A stretch of DNA of 32,000 nucleotides. Source: Candidatus Jordarchaeales archaeon (GTDB taxonomy: Archaea; Asgardarchaeota; Jordiarchaeia; Jordiarchaeales; Freyrarchaeaceae). Shown one piece after another: positions 17,301 to 27,382 of this stretch. Below the pieces are notes generated by a model. That model had not been told where the DNA came from, ran no database searches, and saw only the letters and a list, made by a program, of their open reading frames with translations. A program made the translations under genes and the position numbers. The first letter of the stretch is position 1, and each line of letters starts with the position of its first letter. The DNA is taken from contig JAWAHN010000003.1 of NCBI GenBank assembly GCA_038889235.1, positions 203,703 through 235,702 of the forward strand. Direction: 5' to 3'.

Positions 17301-19859
17301 TTACACTATGCTTTTCTCCCTGATGTACTCTTCTGTTATGGTTGTTTCTTCTCCTTTGATTATTTTTCTAAGTGAGCTTATTGCTCCCGGTTTTGAGAGG
17401 GGTTGGTTGTTTGAGCCGCACTGCCATGAGTGTGTGCAACGTGGGCAGCCGCTCTCGCTCTCGCACCCGCATTCTTCAAGTATGTTTAACGCCCTCTTGA
17501 AAGCTTCTTCCAGTCGATTGTAAAGTAGTAGGGATATTCCGTTTCCTCCCGGGCAGGCGTCGTACGCGAATATTACACCTGATGTTCCCATAGAGATGCC
17601 GCCCACTTCGCCACTGCCTCCCCCGGTGAGCATGTTGCTGCTCTCCAGCACAACGTGTTCCACGGCGTGGAAGCTTCCAGCTAGGAACAGGTCGACATCT
17701 TTCTCTGACATTTCCCCTTCAAGGTCGGGTTGCGGCGCCCTGAAAACTATTCCCAACGTGTCGAAGGAGTATTCTATGGGTTCAGCCAGCGGCTCCATTG
17801 TCACGATTTCGTCGCTCAGTATTTCCCTCACCACGTATTGATCGACGACCTGGGTTACGTTAAGCTTGCAGTAGAGGGCTTCGACGCCGAACACCTTTTT
17901 CCGCTCCATGGTTTCCAGTATTTCTGGCTGTGAGTGGAAGAGGGCTTGAGTCCTGTAAGGGTAGTCGTCTGGGAGGGGTTCAACTTCAGCAATTCCGACG
18001 CCCCCCTTGAACTTGAAGGACTTTGAAAGGTAGTTTCGCCCACCATGCATGTAGACGGCGTTCGGGAAAAGCTCTCTAGCAGCGAAGGGCATCTCCCTCT
18101 CCCCTATCCTCCTCTTTCCCTCGTATATCTCGACGACCTCCCCGATCCCCCTTATGTTGTACCTAGCAGTCTTTTTGCGCGCTTCACGGGTGGCGTAAAG
18201 CAAGCCGCCGCGCTCAACGAGTAAGCCCTCCCTCTTCAGCTTCTCTATCACTGGCTGGAACTCCTGAAACTCTCCGGGGCTCAGCGGCTTATCCATGGCT
18301 GCGAAGAGTATCTGGTACTCTGCGACCACGGGGTTTCCCGGCTCCACGTAGGCTGGGTCTACGTCTGAAAAGTAGGTTTCCGGGTGGTTCTTGTAGTATG
18401 TACTCATGGGATCCTCGTCCCTCAGCGCGACCACGCAGATGCTCTCTTGCCCCTTCCTGCCCGCGCGTCCAATCCTCTGAAGGAAGCGGGTGTACCCGGT
18501 GATCATGGAAACAACGGCGTCCAAGTCGCCTATATCTATGCCGAGCTCAAGTGTCGGCGTAGCGATAATGCACTTAGCTTCGCCCTGCTTAAACTTCTTC
18601 TCAACCTCCCTCCGGTGCTCCTCTGGTAGCCCGCCCCTGTGTATTAGCACGTTGAGACCTCTCCGCCTCGCTATCCTGAATATTGTTTCAGCGTCCTTGT
18701 GCGTGTTAGCGAAGACCAAGGTTTTCAGCCCAGCTCCAATGCACTTTGCCAGCGCGTCCACTATCATAGTCCTGAAAGAGCGACCAGTTGGGTATAGCAT
18801 TACGAGGTGCATTCGTCCCCTCTTCCCCTCACTGCACTTGACCACTTCCACATTCCCGTCGACGAGTCGGGCCCAGAATTCTTCCGGGTTGCTTATCGTC
18901 GCCGATGCACCTATGACTTGAAAGCCGCCGAAAATTCTCTTCATCCTCCGCAGTATGAAGTGAACGTTTGCCCCGAAAGCGCCAACATACTGGTGCACTT
19001 CGTCGAGAACGACGAACTTCGCAGTTGATATTATGCGGGCGAACTCGTCCCTCCTCTTAAGGTGGTAGTCTATCATGTCGAAATTCGTTATCAAGACGTC
19101 GGGCGGGTTTCCGTAGATCTTCCTCCTCTCATGCTGCGGCGTGTCCCCGTCGAGGACGGCGACAGTTATGCCCGCGTGTCTACCTAGAGCTTGAAGCTTC
19201 GCTAGTTGATCTCTGTTGAGGGCCTTAGTCGGGTATATGAAGAGAGCTGAGACCCCCCGCCTCTGGACTCTAAGCCCGCCGAACACTGCCCTTGACTGGA
19301 GTATCATGTGAAAGATGGGGAGCGCGAACGCCTCAGTTTTCCCCGTCGCGGTGGGAGCTACGATCAAAACGTTTTTTCCTTCGAGGATCCTGCTAATCGC
19401 CTCCTCTTGGAACTTGTAGAGCCTCTCTATCCCTGCTTTTCTGAGCGCGTGGACGAGTGGGGGTGCGAGCCCGCTGCTCTCTACGCTGACACCCTTGGAC
19501 GGCTCGACAGCCTTCCATAAGTCGTATTTCACGACGTAGTCCTGTCCTAGGAGGAGGTCCCTAACTACGGGGGGAACCTCGTTGAACGTCAACCCAGCTC
19601 TCCTAAGCTCCTCTTCAATCGACCAGAGGGGGCGAATCAGACCCAGCTCCTCTAACCTCGCTTTTCCTAGCTCTTCCACAACCCCCCTTTCTAAGGCTTC
19701 TTGCAGCTCGATGAACGCCTTAACCCTGCTATCGGCTTCACTGGACGTTACGAAGCGTAGTCCACAGGACGTGCAGTAAACAAGGTAGCCTCCGGAGTCC
19801 AGTTCGCGGAACATTAGGTCCTCGCCGCATCTAGGACAGGGATACAAGGAGCCCACCAA
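17301..19859 (-). CDS. SF2 DEAD/DEAH-box helicase, Hrq1/MrfA(YprA)-type, with C-terminal DUF1998 Zn domain
   Basis: APTATGKT, YPTKAL, LDEVH, SAT, TLELGIDIGD, QRIGRAGR. C-terminal C.CESESGCPRC..SWQC. N-terminal Zn ribbon CPRC...CTSC. Confidence 0.9.
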   Translation of the reverse strand: MVGSLYPCPRCGEDLMFRELDSGGYLVYCTSCGLRFVTSSEADSRVKAFIELQEALERGVVEELGKARLEELGLIRPLWSIEEELRRAGLTFNEVPPVVRDLLLGQDYVVKYDLWKAVEPSKGVSVESSGLAPPLVHALRKAGIERLYKFQEEAISRILEGKNVLIVAPTATGKTEAFALPIFHMILQSRAVFGGLRVQRRGVSALFIYPTKALNRDQLAKLQALGRHAGITVAVLDGDTPQHERRKIYGNPPDVLITNFDMIDYHLKRRDEFARIISTAKFVVLDEVHQYVGAFGANVHFILRRMKRIFGGFQVIGASATISNPEEFWARLVDGNVEVVKCSEGKRGRMHLVMLYPTGRSFRTMIVDALAKCIGAGLKTLVFANTHKDAETIFRIARRRGLNVLIHRGGLPEEHRREVEKKFKQGEAKCIIATPTLELGIDIGDLDAVVSMITGYTRFLQRIGRAGRKGQESICVVALRDEDPMSTYYKNHPETYFSDVDPAYVEPGNPVVAEYQILFAAMDKPLSPGEFQEFQPVIEKLKREGLLVERGGLLYATREARKKTARYNIRGIGEVVEIYEGKRRIGEREMPFAARELFPNAVYMHGGRNYLSKSFKFKGGVGIAEVEPLPDDYPYRTQALFHSQPEILETMERKKVFGVEALYCKLNVTQVVDQYVVREILSDEIVTMEPLAEPIEYSFDTLGIVFRAPQPDLEGEMSEKDVDLFLAGSFHAVEHVVLESSNMLTGGGSGEVGGISMGTSGVIFAYDACPGGNGISLLLYNRLEEAFKRALNILEECGCESESGCPRCTHSWQCGSNNQPLSKPGAISSLRKIIKGEETTITEEYIREKSIV

Positions 19860-20046
19860 TTGAATGAAGGCGGACGAAAACTAAAAATTCTTTCCAGAAA
19901 GCAACCGGGGGCCGGCAGTCCCGCTGAGCTGCTTTCACCTTTCAGCTTCAGAAGAGTTTAAGAAACTTGTGCAGTGGTTTTTTAAGCAGCGAGATGTTAA
20001 TTGATGATTAAAGGAGCGTTTGCGAGAAGCACATCTGGGTGGTCTA

Positions 20047-23000
20047 ATGGCTGACGGGGTGTTTGCCGGGCTTTGTCCTTCGTGTGGAGGGGATTTAACG
20101 CTCGACGAGGTTGAGTTAATGACGTGCAAGAATACGGGTGCCCGACTATGCATGTTCGACATAGACCAGGAGTTCAAAGAGTTCCTCGAGTTCTTCAGGG
20201 TTGCTGTCGGCGCCAATCCCCGCGCTTTTCAAAGGCTGTGGGCTAGACGTATTTTGAGGGGGGAGAGCTTCGCCGCTGTAGCTCCAACCGGAACCGGTAA
20301 GACCTCCTTCGGCGCGGCTATGGCCCTATTCTTAGCGGGAAGGGGGCTTAAATCGTATTTGATAGTTCCAACCACGCTTCTCGTGAGACAGGTTGTAGAA
20401 ACTCTTAACGAGTTTATGGAGAGAACGGGCGTTAAGGTGGACTTGATATGGTACCACTCCGGGTTGAGGGGGGAGGAGAAGGAGAGGTTCTTCAGGTCAC
20501 TCTCAGAAGGGGGCTTCCAGATACTTGTGACCACATCCCAATTTCTTTCAGCCCACTTTAGTAAACTCAAGGGGAACGTGTTCAACTTTCTTTTCGTCGA
20601 CGACGTCGACTCCGTCCTTAAGGCTTCGAGGAACGTTGAACGCCTCCTCACGCTCCTAGGCTTCGAGGTGGTTAACGGCAGATGGATGGGTGAGCCCGCC
20701 GGAGTCTTAATGGTTTCAACGGCGACCGCGAAAACTGGTGGTAAAGTTGTGCTTTTCAAGAAGTTGCTAGACTTCGACGTAGGTAGCTCGAGCTTCGAGG
20801 TAAGGAACATAGAGGACGTGTACTTTGGCAGGAAGAGCCTGGATAACTTATTGAGTACTGTGAAGTTGATGGGCGGAGGAGGGATAGTCTACTGTTCATC
20901 TTCTGAGGAGGCAGAGCACGTCATGGAGTTCCTAAACGCTAACGGCATCAGGGCTGGTTTCGTCGGAGTTAGGAGCAAAAAAGACTTCGACGAGTTCTGC
21001 CGCGGCGAGCTCGACGTGCTGGTTGGGGCAGCGTACTACTACGGGCTCCTGGTTAGGGGCTTAAATCTCCCGGAGAGGGTTAGGTACACGGTGTTCTACG
21101 GGGCCCCCTTCTTCCGCGTCAGACTAGTAGACTTAGACTCTGCTTCGACGAGGTTACTTAGAGTTCTTGCCGGAATATTCAAGGACGATGAACGGTTGAA
21201 GCCTTACATTGCAAACGTGGAGAAGTACGCGGAGAAAGTGCGCACCATACTCAAGGAAAACTTTCCAGAGATGAAGCCGAGCGTTGACGACGTCGTGGTT
21301 AGGGAGAACGAAATCCTCCTTCCGGACGTGAGGACGTACATTCAGGGGTCTGGGAGAGCTTCCCGCCTCCACGCCGGGGGGATAACGAAGGGTGTATCCA
21401 TACTGCTCGAGGATGAAAAGCTCGCCGGCGCCTTCATCAAGAGGGCAAGCTACTACGATATCGAGTTCAAGGGGAAGGATGAGGTCGACTTTGAAAGGTT
21501 GAAGGAGGAAGTTGACCGCTCGAGGAGAGAAGTAAGAGTGTCTGAAGTAGAGCTGGTGAGACCCGCCCTCTTCATAGTTGAGAGCCCGACTAAGGCGAGA
21601 CAAATAGCACGGTTCTTCGGGCAGCCGAGCATGAAGGTTTTCAGGGACAAGAACGGCGAAGTGGTTCTTATCGCCTACGAAGTAGCCACCGGGAAGTACG
21701 TAATGACCGTGACCGCCTCCCTGGGGCACATAGTCGACCTGGTTAGGGATAGAGGGTTTTTCGGCGTGCTCGTCGAGGAAAATCACAGGTATATCCCAGT
21801 TTACGGTGCAATCAAGAGGTGCAGGGGTTGCGGTTACCAGTACGTTGGGGAAGGCGTCTGTCCAAGGTGCGAGGGAAGGGACGTCGGAGCCCCTATTGAC
21901 TCTAAGTCGAGGATAGAGGTCCTCAGGAGGCTTGCAAAGGATGTTGAGCTAGTCATAGTGGGCACAGACCCCGACGCTGAAGGAGAGAAAATAGCATGGG
22001 ACCTAAAGGTCCTCCTCAAGCCGTGCGCGAGGGAAATTAAGAGAGCTGAGTTCCACGAGGTCACGAAGAAAGCGGTGATTCAAGCACTAAACCAGCTTAG
22101 GGATGTGGATGAGAAGCTTGTGGAGGCTCAGATAGTCAGGAGAGTGGAGGACAGGTGGGATGGCTTCTCCCTCAGCAGAAAACTGTGGGATCGTTTCAGG
22201 GACTACAATCTTTCTGCTGGAAGAGTACAGTCGCCAGTCCTAGGCTGGATAATAAAGAGGGCTGAGGAAAGCAGGAAGAAGAGGCCTGTAACCATTGTGG
22301 ACGAGCTATCACTGGTCATAGACGGGCTGGCGAGCAGAGAACCCATGCTCGAGATAAAGCTCTTGGAGAGGAGGGTTGAAAAACAGACTCCACCGCCGCC
22401 ATACACAACCGACATGCTTCTTAGGGACGCGAACGCCATTCTAAAAATCCCAGTTGACAGGACCATGCAACTCGCGCAGGACCTCTTCGAGAACGGCTTG
22501 ATAACTTACCACAGGACTGATAGCACTAGGGTGAGTGAGAGGGGGCTTGCCGTCGCGAAAGAGTACCTAAAGGAGGAGTTCACGCCGAGAACGTGGGAGG
22601 CTGAAGGAGCACATGAGGCGATAAGGCCGACTAGGCCGCTTGACAGAGTGAGCCTCGTGCGGCTCATCGAGGAAGGAGTCATAGGGCTGTCCATGGAGCT
22701 CACCCCAAGCCACCTCGCACTGTACGACCTCATATTCAGGCGGTTCATGGCTTCGCAGTGCCCACCTGTCAAAGTGGTCAAGGATGTTTACAGGGTTGTC
22801 GCCGACGGTGTTGAAACCACAGAGGTCAGAGTGATCGAAGCCGAGGGTAAAGCATACCAGCTCTACAAATACATGCTACCCCCGATCAAGCCCCCGCTGC
22901 CTGAAGGCATGCGGAAGGTTAAAGCGAGAGTGCTACGCCTGCCAAAAGAACCATTGTACACGCAGTCAGATGTCATCAGGCTAATGAAAGAGAAAGGGAT

Positions 23001-23307
23001 AGGTAGACCGTCAACGTACGCCACCATAATCCAAAAGCTCCTCATAAGGGAGTACGTTAGAGAGGTTAAGAAGGGGAAGCTTATACCCACGGAAAGGGGT
23101 GTGGAAGTGTATAACTACCTCAACCAGCACTACGGGAAGTTCATTTCGGAGGAGCGGACGAGGCAGCTTGAGGAGAAGATGAGCATGATAGAAAAAGGTC
23201 TGCTCAACTACCAGGAGGCGCTGGACGAGATATACCACGAAGTGAGGAGCCAGATACTCCCGGTAGGAGAGGAAGCACGAATACCAACATCTACCTCGCC
23301 AGAGTAG
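20047..23307 (+). CDS. rgy: Reverse gyrase (single polypeptide)
   Basis: ATG 20047 after GGGTGGT. N-terminal Zn finger CPSC...C..C, helicase motifs APTGTGKT/DDVD/STAT/QGSGRASR, Toprim IVESPTKA and TDPDAEGE, second Zn finger CRGC...CPRC, SAGRVQ, catalytic ITYHRTDS, GIGRPSTY. Confidence 0.97.
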   Translation: MADGVFAGLCPSCGGDLTLDEVELMTCKNTGARLCMFDIDQEFKEFLEFFRVAVGANPRAFQRLWARRILRGESFAAVAPTGTGKTSFGAAMALFLAGRGLKSYLIVPTTLLVRQVVETLNEFMERTGVKVDLIWYHSGLRGEEKERFFRSLSEGGFQILVTTSQFLSAHFSKLKGNVFNFLFVDDVDSVLKASRNVERLLTLLGFEVVNGRWMGEPAGVLMVSTATAKTGGKVVLFKKLLDFDVGSSSFEVRNIEDVYFGRKSLDNLLSTVKLMGGGGIVYCSSSEEAEHVMEFLNANGIRAGFVGVRSKKDFDEFCRGELDVLVGAAYYYGLLVRGLNLPERVRYTVFYGAPFFRVRLVDLDSASTRLLRVLAGIFKDDERLKPYIANVEKYAEKVRTILKENFPEMKPSVDDVVVRENEILLPDVRTYIQGSGRASRLHAGGITKGVSILLEDEKLAGAFIKRASYYDIEFKGKDEVDFERLKEEVDRSRREVRVSEVELVRPALFIVESPTKARQIARFFGQPSMKVFRDKNGEVVLIAYEVATGKYVMTVTASLGHIVDLVRDRGFFGVLVEENHRYIPVYGAIKRCRGCGYQYVGEGVCPRCEGRDVGAPIDSKSRIEVLRRLAKDVELVIVGTDPDAEGEKIAWDLKVLLKPCAREIKRAEFHEVTKKAVIQALNQLRDVDEKLVEAQIVRRVEDRWDGFSLSRKLWDRFRDYNLSAGRVQSPVLGWIIKRAEESRKKRPVTIVDELSLVIDGLASREPMLEIKLLERRVEKQTPPPPYTTDMLLRDANAILKIPVDRTMQLAQDLFENGLITYHRTDSTRVSERGLAVAKEYLKEEFTPRTWEAEGAHEAIRPTRPLDRVSLVRLIEEGVIGLSMELTPSHLALYDLIFRRFMASQCPPVKVVKDVYRVVADGVETTEVRVIEAEGKAYQLYKYMLPPIKPPLPEGMRKVKARVLRLPKEPLYTQSDVIRLMKEKGIGRPSTYATIIQKLLIREYVREVKKGKLIPTERGVEVYNYLNQHYGKFISEERTRQLEEKMSMIEKGLLNYQEALDEIYHEVRSQILPVGEEARIPTSTSPE

Positions 23308-23327
23308 CGAGGCAACTGTTTAGAATT

Positions 23328-24638
23328 TCACGGGGCGAGGATACGGCAGCTCCTTAGTCTCAGGTGCGGTCCCCCTTCACCCACGTTGAAACCTTTCTCT
23401 ATGTCTGGCCTAACCCTGAAATCTCTTCCTATAGCGTCGACGCTCGCTAGGAGGTGGGGCAACAACCCGGCAACCCTCACTCCCGCCACCGACCTAACTT
23501 CTTCTCCCTTCTCAACGAGGTAGGCGACTTCCGGCGTGAGAAAGAAGACGCCACTGGATGGAGCCACCCGGCTCTCAGAGAAAGCCCTAACGTAGATCCC
23601 TTCCTTCGTCTCTTCAACTATCTCCCTAGGCTTCCAGTCAAGTGGTTCAAAGTAAATGTTGCTCATCATGGGTCTAGGTTTGTGGTCTACACCACGCGCG
23701 TTTCCAGCCTCGCTCCCACTTGGAGCTGAGAGACGCGTATGGAGGAGGCGCACAACCCCCTTTGCGAGCAGAGTTTTCCTCCTAGCTGCAACTCCTTCGT
23801 CGTCCCATCGGAATGAGCCGTAGCCGTGTTCAAGGGAGGGGTCGTCGACCAACATTAAGCCGTCCGGGAGACTGACTGACTTAAATGGCTCTCCAGTACA
23901 TATGTCTCCTTCAAGCATATGGGCGGCCTCGTGGGCCAGTCCGCCTACGGCTTCACAGTCGAGTATAACGGTCTGCTTCCTCCACCTGAATGTGGGGGGG
24001 AGAGGTTTTGCGTCAGCTGAGTCCAGAGCCCTTGTGACAAAGTCCTCCATGAGACTCCTCCACTCAGCCACCGTCTCCAGCCCGCCTCTCCCCCCAACGC
24101 ATAGGCTCGAGAACCCTTCCCTTAAACCCCTCACAACGAGGTATGCTACCAGGTCTGTTAGTGGGGTAACCTCTCTAACCCTAGCCCCCTCCGAGGTGAT
24201 CAAGGTGCTGTCGGTGATTGTGAAAGACGCCACGACCTCAAGTCTGAACTTCCTGTTTCCGAGAAGGTCGTAAACCATGCCGCTCAGCTCTGATACTAAT
24301 TCTTTCACGCGTTCTGGCTCGAACTCCTCTTGGACACTCCACTTCTTCTCGCCAACCTCCACTTCAACCTCCGCTAGCTTGAAATCTCCCTCAGCCATCA
24401 TAGCCTGCCTCAAAGCTCTTTCACCTATTTCCCTCCCGTCCACGGCGCTGTTCAGGTCCAGACAGGCGACACCATAACCTCTAGCTATACACCTACAGAC
24501 GATCCTGCTGATCTTCGACTCGGAATACTCTGCGGAGTCACCCCTGAAAGCGACACGGGTACACCGCTCTTCCAAAACCCTGACATCGGCGTACCTTGCA
24601 GCTGAAAGAGCTTTGAGAGCTTCTTCAGCAACCCCCAT
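23328..24638 (-). CDS. tldD: TldD/PmbA-family protein (TldD-like, variant metal motif)
   Basis: N-terminal YADVRV, HEAAHMLEGD, DDP...GSFRWDDEGV, GNAR...PRPMMSNIYF and C-terminal GEGGPHL. Confidence 0.82.
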   Translation of the reverse strand: MGVAEEALKALSAARYADVRVLEERCTRVAFRGDSAEYSESKISRIVCRCIARGYGVACLDLNSAVDGREIGERALRQAMMAEGDFKLAEVEVEVGEKKWSVQEEFEPERVKELVSELSGMVYDLLGNRKFRLEVVASFTITDSTLITSEGARVREVTPLTDLVAYLVVRGLREGFSSLCVGGRGGLETVAEWRSLMEDFVTRALDSADAKPLPPTFRWRKQTVILDCEAVGGLAHEAAHMLEGDICTGEPFKSVSLPDGLMLVDDPSLEHGYGSFRWDDEGVAARRKTLLAKGVVRLLHTRLSAPSGSEAGNARGVDHKPRPMMSNIYFEPLDWKPREIVEETKEGIYVRAFSESRVAPSSGVFFLTPEVAYLVEKGEEVRSVAGVRVAGLLPHLLASVDAIGRDFRVRPDIEKGFNVGEGGPHLRLRSCRILAP

Positions 24639-24750
24639 GCGGGCGCAAACCCCTGAAAACTAAAGGTGTAAGGATGTCTTAAAAGCGTCGCCTGCGAAAG
24701 AAAAAATCTTTTTAGAAGCATCGAACCGGTAGTTTGGTGGAGGGACTTCT

Positions 24751-25281
24751 TTGAGCAACGGGAAGGAGGCTTTAAAGAAGCTTATTCTTGAAAAAGGCGT
24801 CGTCAGAGGGAGACCGATTTTCATCTCAAGCACTAGGATGAGCACCTTTTACTTTAACCTGAGACCCATACTCTTCAGCTACGAGGGAAGCCGGCTGGTC
24901 GCCGCAGTACTCCTTCCAATGATTAAGGAGCTAGAAGTCGACTGCATCGGGGGAGTGGAGGACAGCTCTGTCCCAATAGTTATGGCTCTATGCGTCCTCA
25001 ACGGTTACAACGGCTTCTACGTGAGAGAGAAAGCCAAAAAGTACGGTCTCCAGGAGCAGATAGAAGGAAACCTTGGCAAGAAAGCCGTCCTAGTCGACGA
25101 CGTCGCCACAAGCGGGCTCACACTTCTAAACGTTGCACGGATAGTAAGAGCGAGGGGTTGCGAGGTAAAACACGCCGTCGTGATAGTCGACATGTTGGAG
25201 GGCGCCAAGGAAAAGCTCGCCTCTGAGGGAATAAGTCTCAGGTCGGTTTTCACAAGGGAAGACTTCAAAGAAATCAAGTAG
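24751..25281 (+). CDS. pyrE: Orotate phosphoribosyltransferase
   Basis: PRPP-binding loop VLVDDVATSG, flexible loop VREKAKKYG, FYFNLR. TTG after GGTGGAGGG. Confidence 0.82.
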   Translation: MSNGKEALKKLILEKGVVRGRPIFISSTRMSTFYFNLRPILFSYEGSRLVAAVLLPMIKELEVDCIGGVEDSSVPIVMALCVLNGYNGFYVREKAKKYGLQEQIEGNLGKKAVLVDDVATSGLTLLNVARIVRARGCEVKHAVVIVDMLEGAKEKLASEGISLRSVFTREDFKEIK

Positions 25282-25357
25282 AGCCAGATGGGTGTGCTGA
25301 AACCCTGGAAGGGCGATCTTTCACAGCCAGCACCTGCACTAGTACAATGAAAAGAGG

Positions 25358-26113
25358 TTACGTGGAGGAGAGGACGGGTTGCCTCTGTCCGGCAAGCTCG
25401 CGGAGAAGCCTCAGTACAGCCAGCCCGCTCCTCGTAAGCACATACCTCCCCCTAGGTTTTTCTTGTACTACGAAGCCCGCTTCAACAAGCTTGCTGAGGT
25501 GAAACTGCAAGTGGCCCCCCCTCATGCTTGTTGCCCGCTCAAGGTCTGCGAAACTTCTTCCTCCCCTTGAGAGAACTTTGAGAATCCTTATCCGCATAGG
25601 ACTCGACAACGGGGGTAGTAGTTCTGCAATCTTGTCCTCCTCAACCTCGTCGAAGCCGCCAGGCTCCCCGAAGAGAAACTTCACGTTACTTACAGGCCGC
25701 CTCGATCGCTTGATGAGCTCCTCAACCGCCTTGAAAACCCTAGCAGCGTTTTTCAGGCACTTCTCATCTGGGCAGTCCTTAACGTGTTTCTCCAAAGCTT
25801 CAAGGTGCCTCTTGACTTCCACAAGCGCGTCCTCCACCCCCCTATCTGCAACCACTTGGAGCACTTTAAACGCGGCTTTCTCCACCCTTCTAACGCAGAA
25901 GTCCCTTAGACTGCAAGTAGAGACCCCAGCCTTGAAAGCGCTCAAACCCTCATTTACCTCCAGAGATATCTGAGATAACAGCTCCCTCTCAGCCGCCCTC
26001 GCGCCAACCACTTCAAGCATAGCGGTAAGTTGGAGGAGGAGGTCGTGAATGGATCTAACATTCCTCAGTAATTCATCTAGCTTTATGTTGAGCCCGTTGA
26101 GGAGAGACTCCAT
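25358..26113 (-). CDS. ArsR-type winged-helix regulator with N-terminal four-Cys domain
   Basis: ATG 26113 after GGGGAGGTG (the track start at 26242 runs through the promoter). Cys motifs CSLRDFC and CPDEKC. C-terminal wHTH LSSPMRIRILKVL...FADL...RGGHLQFHLSKLVEAGFV...GRYVLT. Confidence 0.87.
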   Translation of the reverse strand: MESLLNGLNIKLDELLRNVRSIHDLLLQLTAMLEVVGARAAERELLSQISLEVNEGLSAFKAGVSTCSLRDFCVRRVEKAAFKVLQVVADRGVEDALVEVKRHLEALEKHVKDCPDEKCLKNAARVFKAVEELIKRSRRPVSNVKFLFGEPGGFDEVEEDKIAELLPPLSSPMRIRILKVLSRGGRSFADLERATSMRGGHLQFHLSKLVEAGFVVQEKPRGRYVLTRSGLAVLRLLRELAGQRQPVLSST

Positions 26114-26157
26114 GCAGTGCACCTCCCCGGGTGTATGGCTAACGATAGGACACTGTA

Positions 26158-26195
26158 CTATATAAAAGTGTAGTAAAAAGGATACTCTTATATAG
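26158..26195. promoter_or_regulatory. Back-to-back divergent TATA boxes
   Basis: CTATATAA (26158-26165) is the exact reverse complement of TTATATAG (26188-26195), so each strand has a TTATATAG box facing its own gene. Confidence 0.55.
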
Positions 26196-26240
26196 AAGTG
26201 GGCGCTGTGCTTCGTGTAGTGCTTCCGACGGGTGAGGTGC

Positions 26241-27347
26241 ATGCACCACTCGCACCACTTGGAGGTTTATGAGAAGCTGAGGGAGAAGCTCAACAAGGCT
26301 CCTATAGGAATGCCTAAAACTGTTAGCGGGGTGGAAAGAGAGATTCTCAGCGTCCTTTTCGACGAGGAGGAGGCACGGATCGCTGTTCACATGCCCTTCA
26401 TACCTTTCACTGTTGAGCAGCTGGCGGAGAGGACGGGGAAGAGTGTTGAGTATTTGGAGAAGCTGCTGAACGAGATGGCGAGGAAGGGGACTGTTTGGAA
26501 GGGTGAGAGAGACGGAAAGGTCCACTACAGGCTTTTCCCCGTTATAGTTGGGCTCTCGGAGATGCCCTTCCTTCCAGGTCCTGGCAACGACCCGCGTCAA
26601 GAGAAGCTTGCCCCACTCTATGCGAGGTATTGGAGAGAGGGATTTCTAGACGAGATTGGAGATAGGAAGTATGCTGTGATGAGGGCGCTTCCCGAGAGGA
26701 GCGTGGTTAAAGAGGCTGAAATACTTCCGTACGATGATGCCGTGAAGCTTGTTAGGGAGCGTGACTTCCACGCGGTCGGCTATTGCCCTTGCAGGATAGT
26801 TGCAAGGCTTAACGGGGAGGGGTGTAGGCGCTCCCTGGAGAACTGCCTCCACTTCGGGTCCCTAGCTAGGTACATGGTGGAGCACGGGTATGCAAGGAGG
26901 ATAACGGCGGACGAGGCTATCGAAATTCTGAGGAGAGCGAACAGGGAGGGGCTGGTGCACACCACGGAGAGGAGTAAGGGGCCTATAAGCACAATTTGTA
27001 ACTGTTGCAGTGACTGCTGCGTGTTTTTCAGGGCAATCCACGAGGCGAAGCATCCAAACACTATAGCGCACTCGAGCTACGTTGCAAGCGTTGACCCGTC
27101 TAAGTGCATTGCCTGCGGTATTTGCGCGCTCCGCTGCCCTATGAAGGCTGTGAAAGTTAAGGTTAACAGGAAGCCTGCGAGCGTGAACGTGAAGAAATGC
27201 CTTGGATGCGGCGTGTGCGTGCCTACCTGCCCGGTTGAAGCCATAGAGCTTGTTGGAAGAGAAGAGCTCCCAGACGTACCCGACCATAAGACGTACCTGC
27301 TACAGCTACTCGAAGACAGGGGGAAAGACTTCTCATCTCTCCTCTGA
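26241..27347 (+). CDS. 4Fe-4S binding protein, CNCC-type (N-terminal HTH-like region + 2x[4Fe-4S])
   Basis: ATG 26241 after GGTGAGG. Motifs YCPCR..C...C, ICNCCSDCC, CIACGICALRCP and CLGCGVCVPTCP. Confidence 0.88.
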   Translation: MHHSHHLEVYEKLREKLNKAPIGMPKTVSGVEREILSVLFDEEEARIAVHMPFIPFTVEQLAERTGKSVEYLEKLLNEMARKGTVWKGERDGKVHYRLFPVIVGLSEMPFLPGPGNDPRQEKLAPLYARYWREGFLDEIGDRKYAVMRALPERSVVKEAEILPYDDAVKLVRERDFHAVGYCPCRIVARLNGEGCRRSLENCLHFGSLARYMVEHGYARRITADEAIEILRRANREGLVHTTERSKGPISTICNCCSDCCVFFRAIHEAKHPNTIAHSSYVASVDPSKCIACGICALRCPMKAVKVKVNRKPASVNVKKCLGCGVCVPTCPVEAIELVGREELPDVPDHKTYLLQLLEDRGKDFSSLL

Positions 27348-27382
27348 GAGGCGACGACCAGTGAGAGAAAAAGCCTTACCGG

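Noticed and set aside
17154-17375. 73-aa + strand ORF
   Set aside because: Overlaps the helicase 3' end and a T-rich terminator region, with no motifs.
23305-23330. TldD (historically called a gyrase modulator) tail-to-tail with reverse gyrase, 20 bp apart
   Set aside because: The TldD-gyrase link is indirect, via CcdA and microcin B17 processing in E. coli. Convergent orientation gives no sign of co-regulation.
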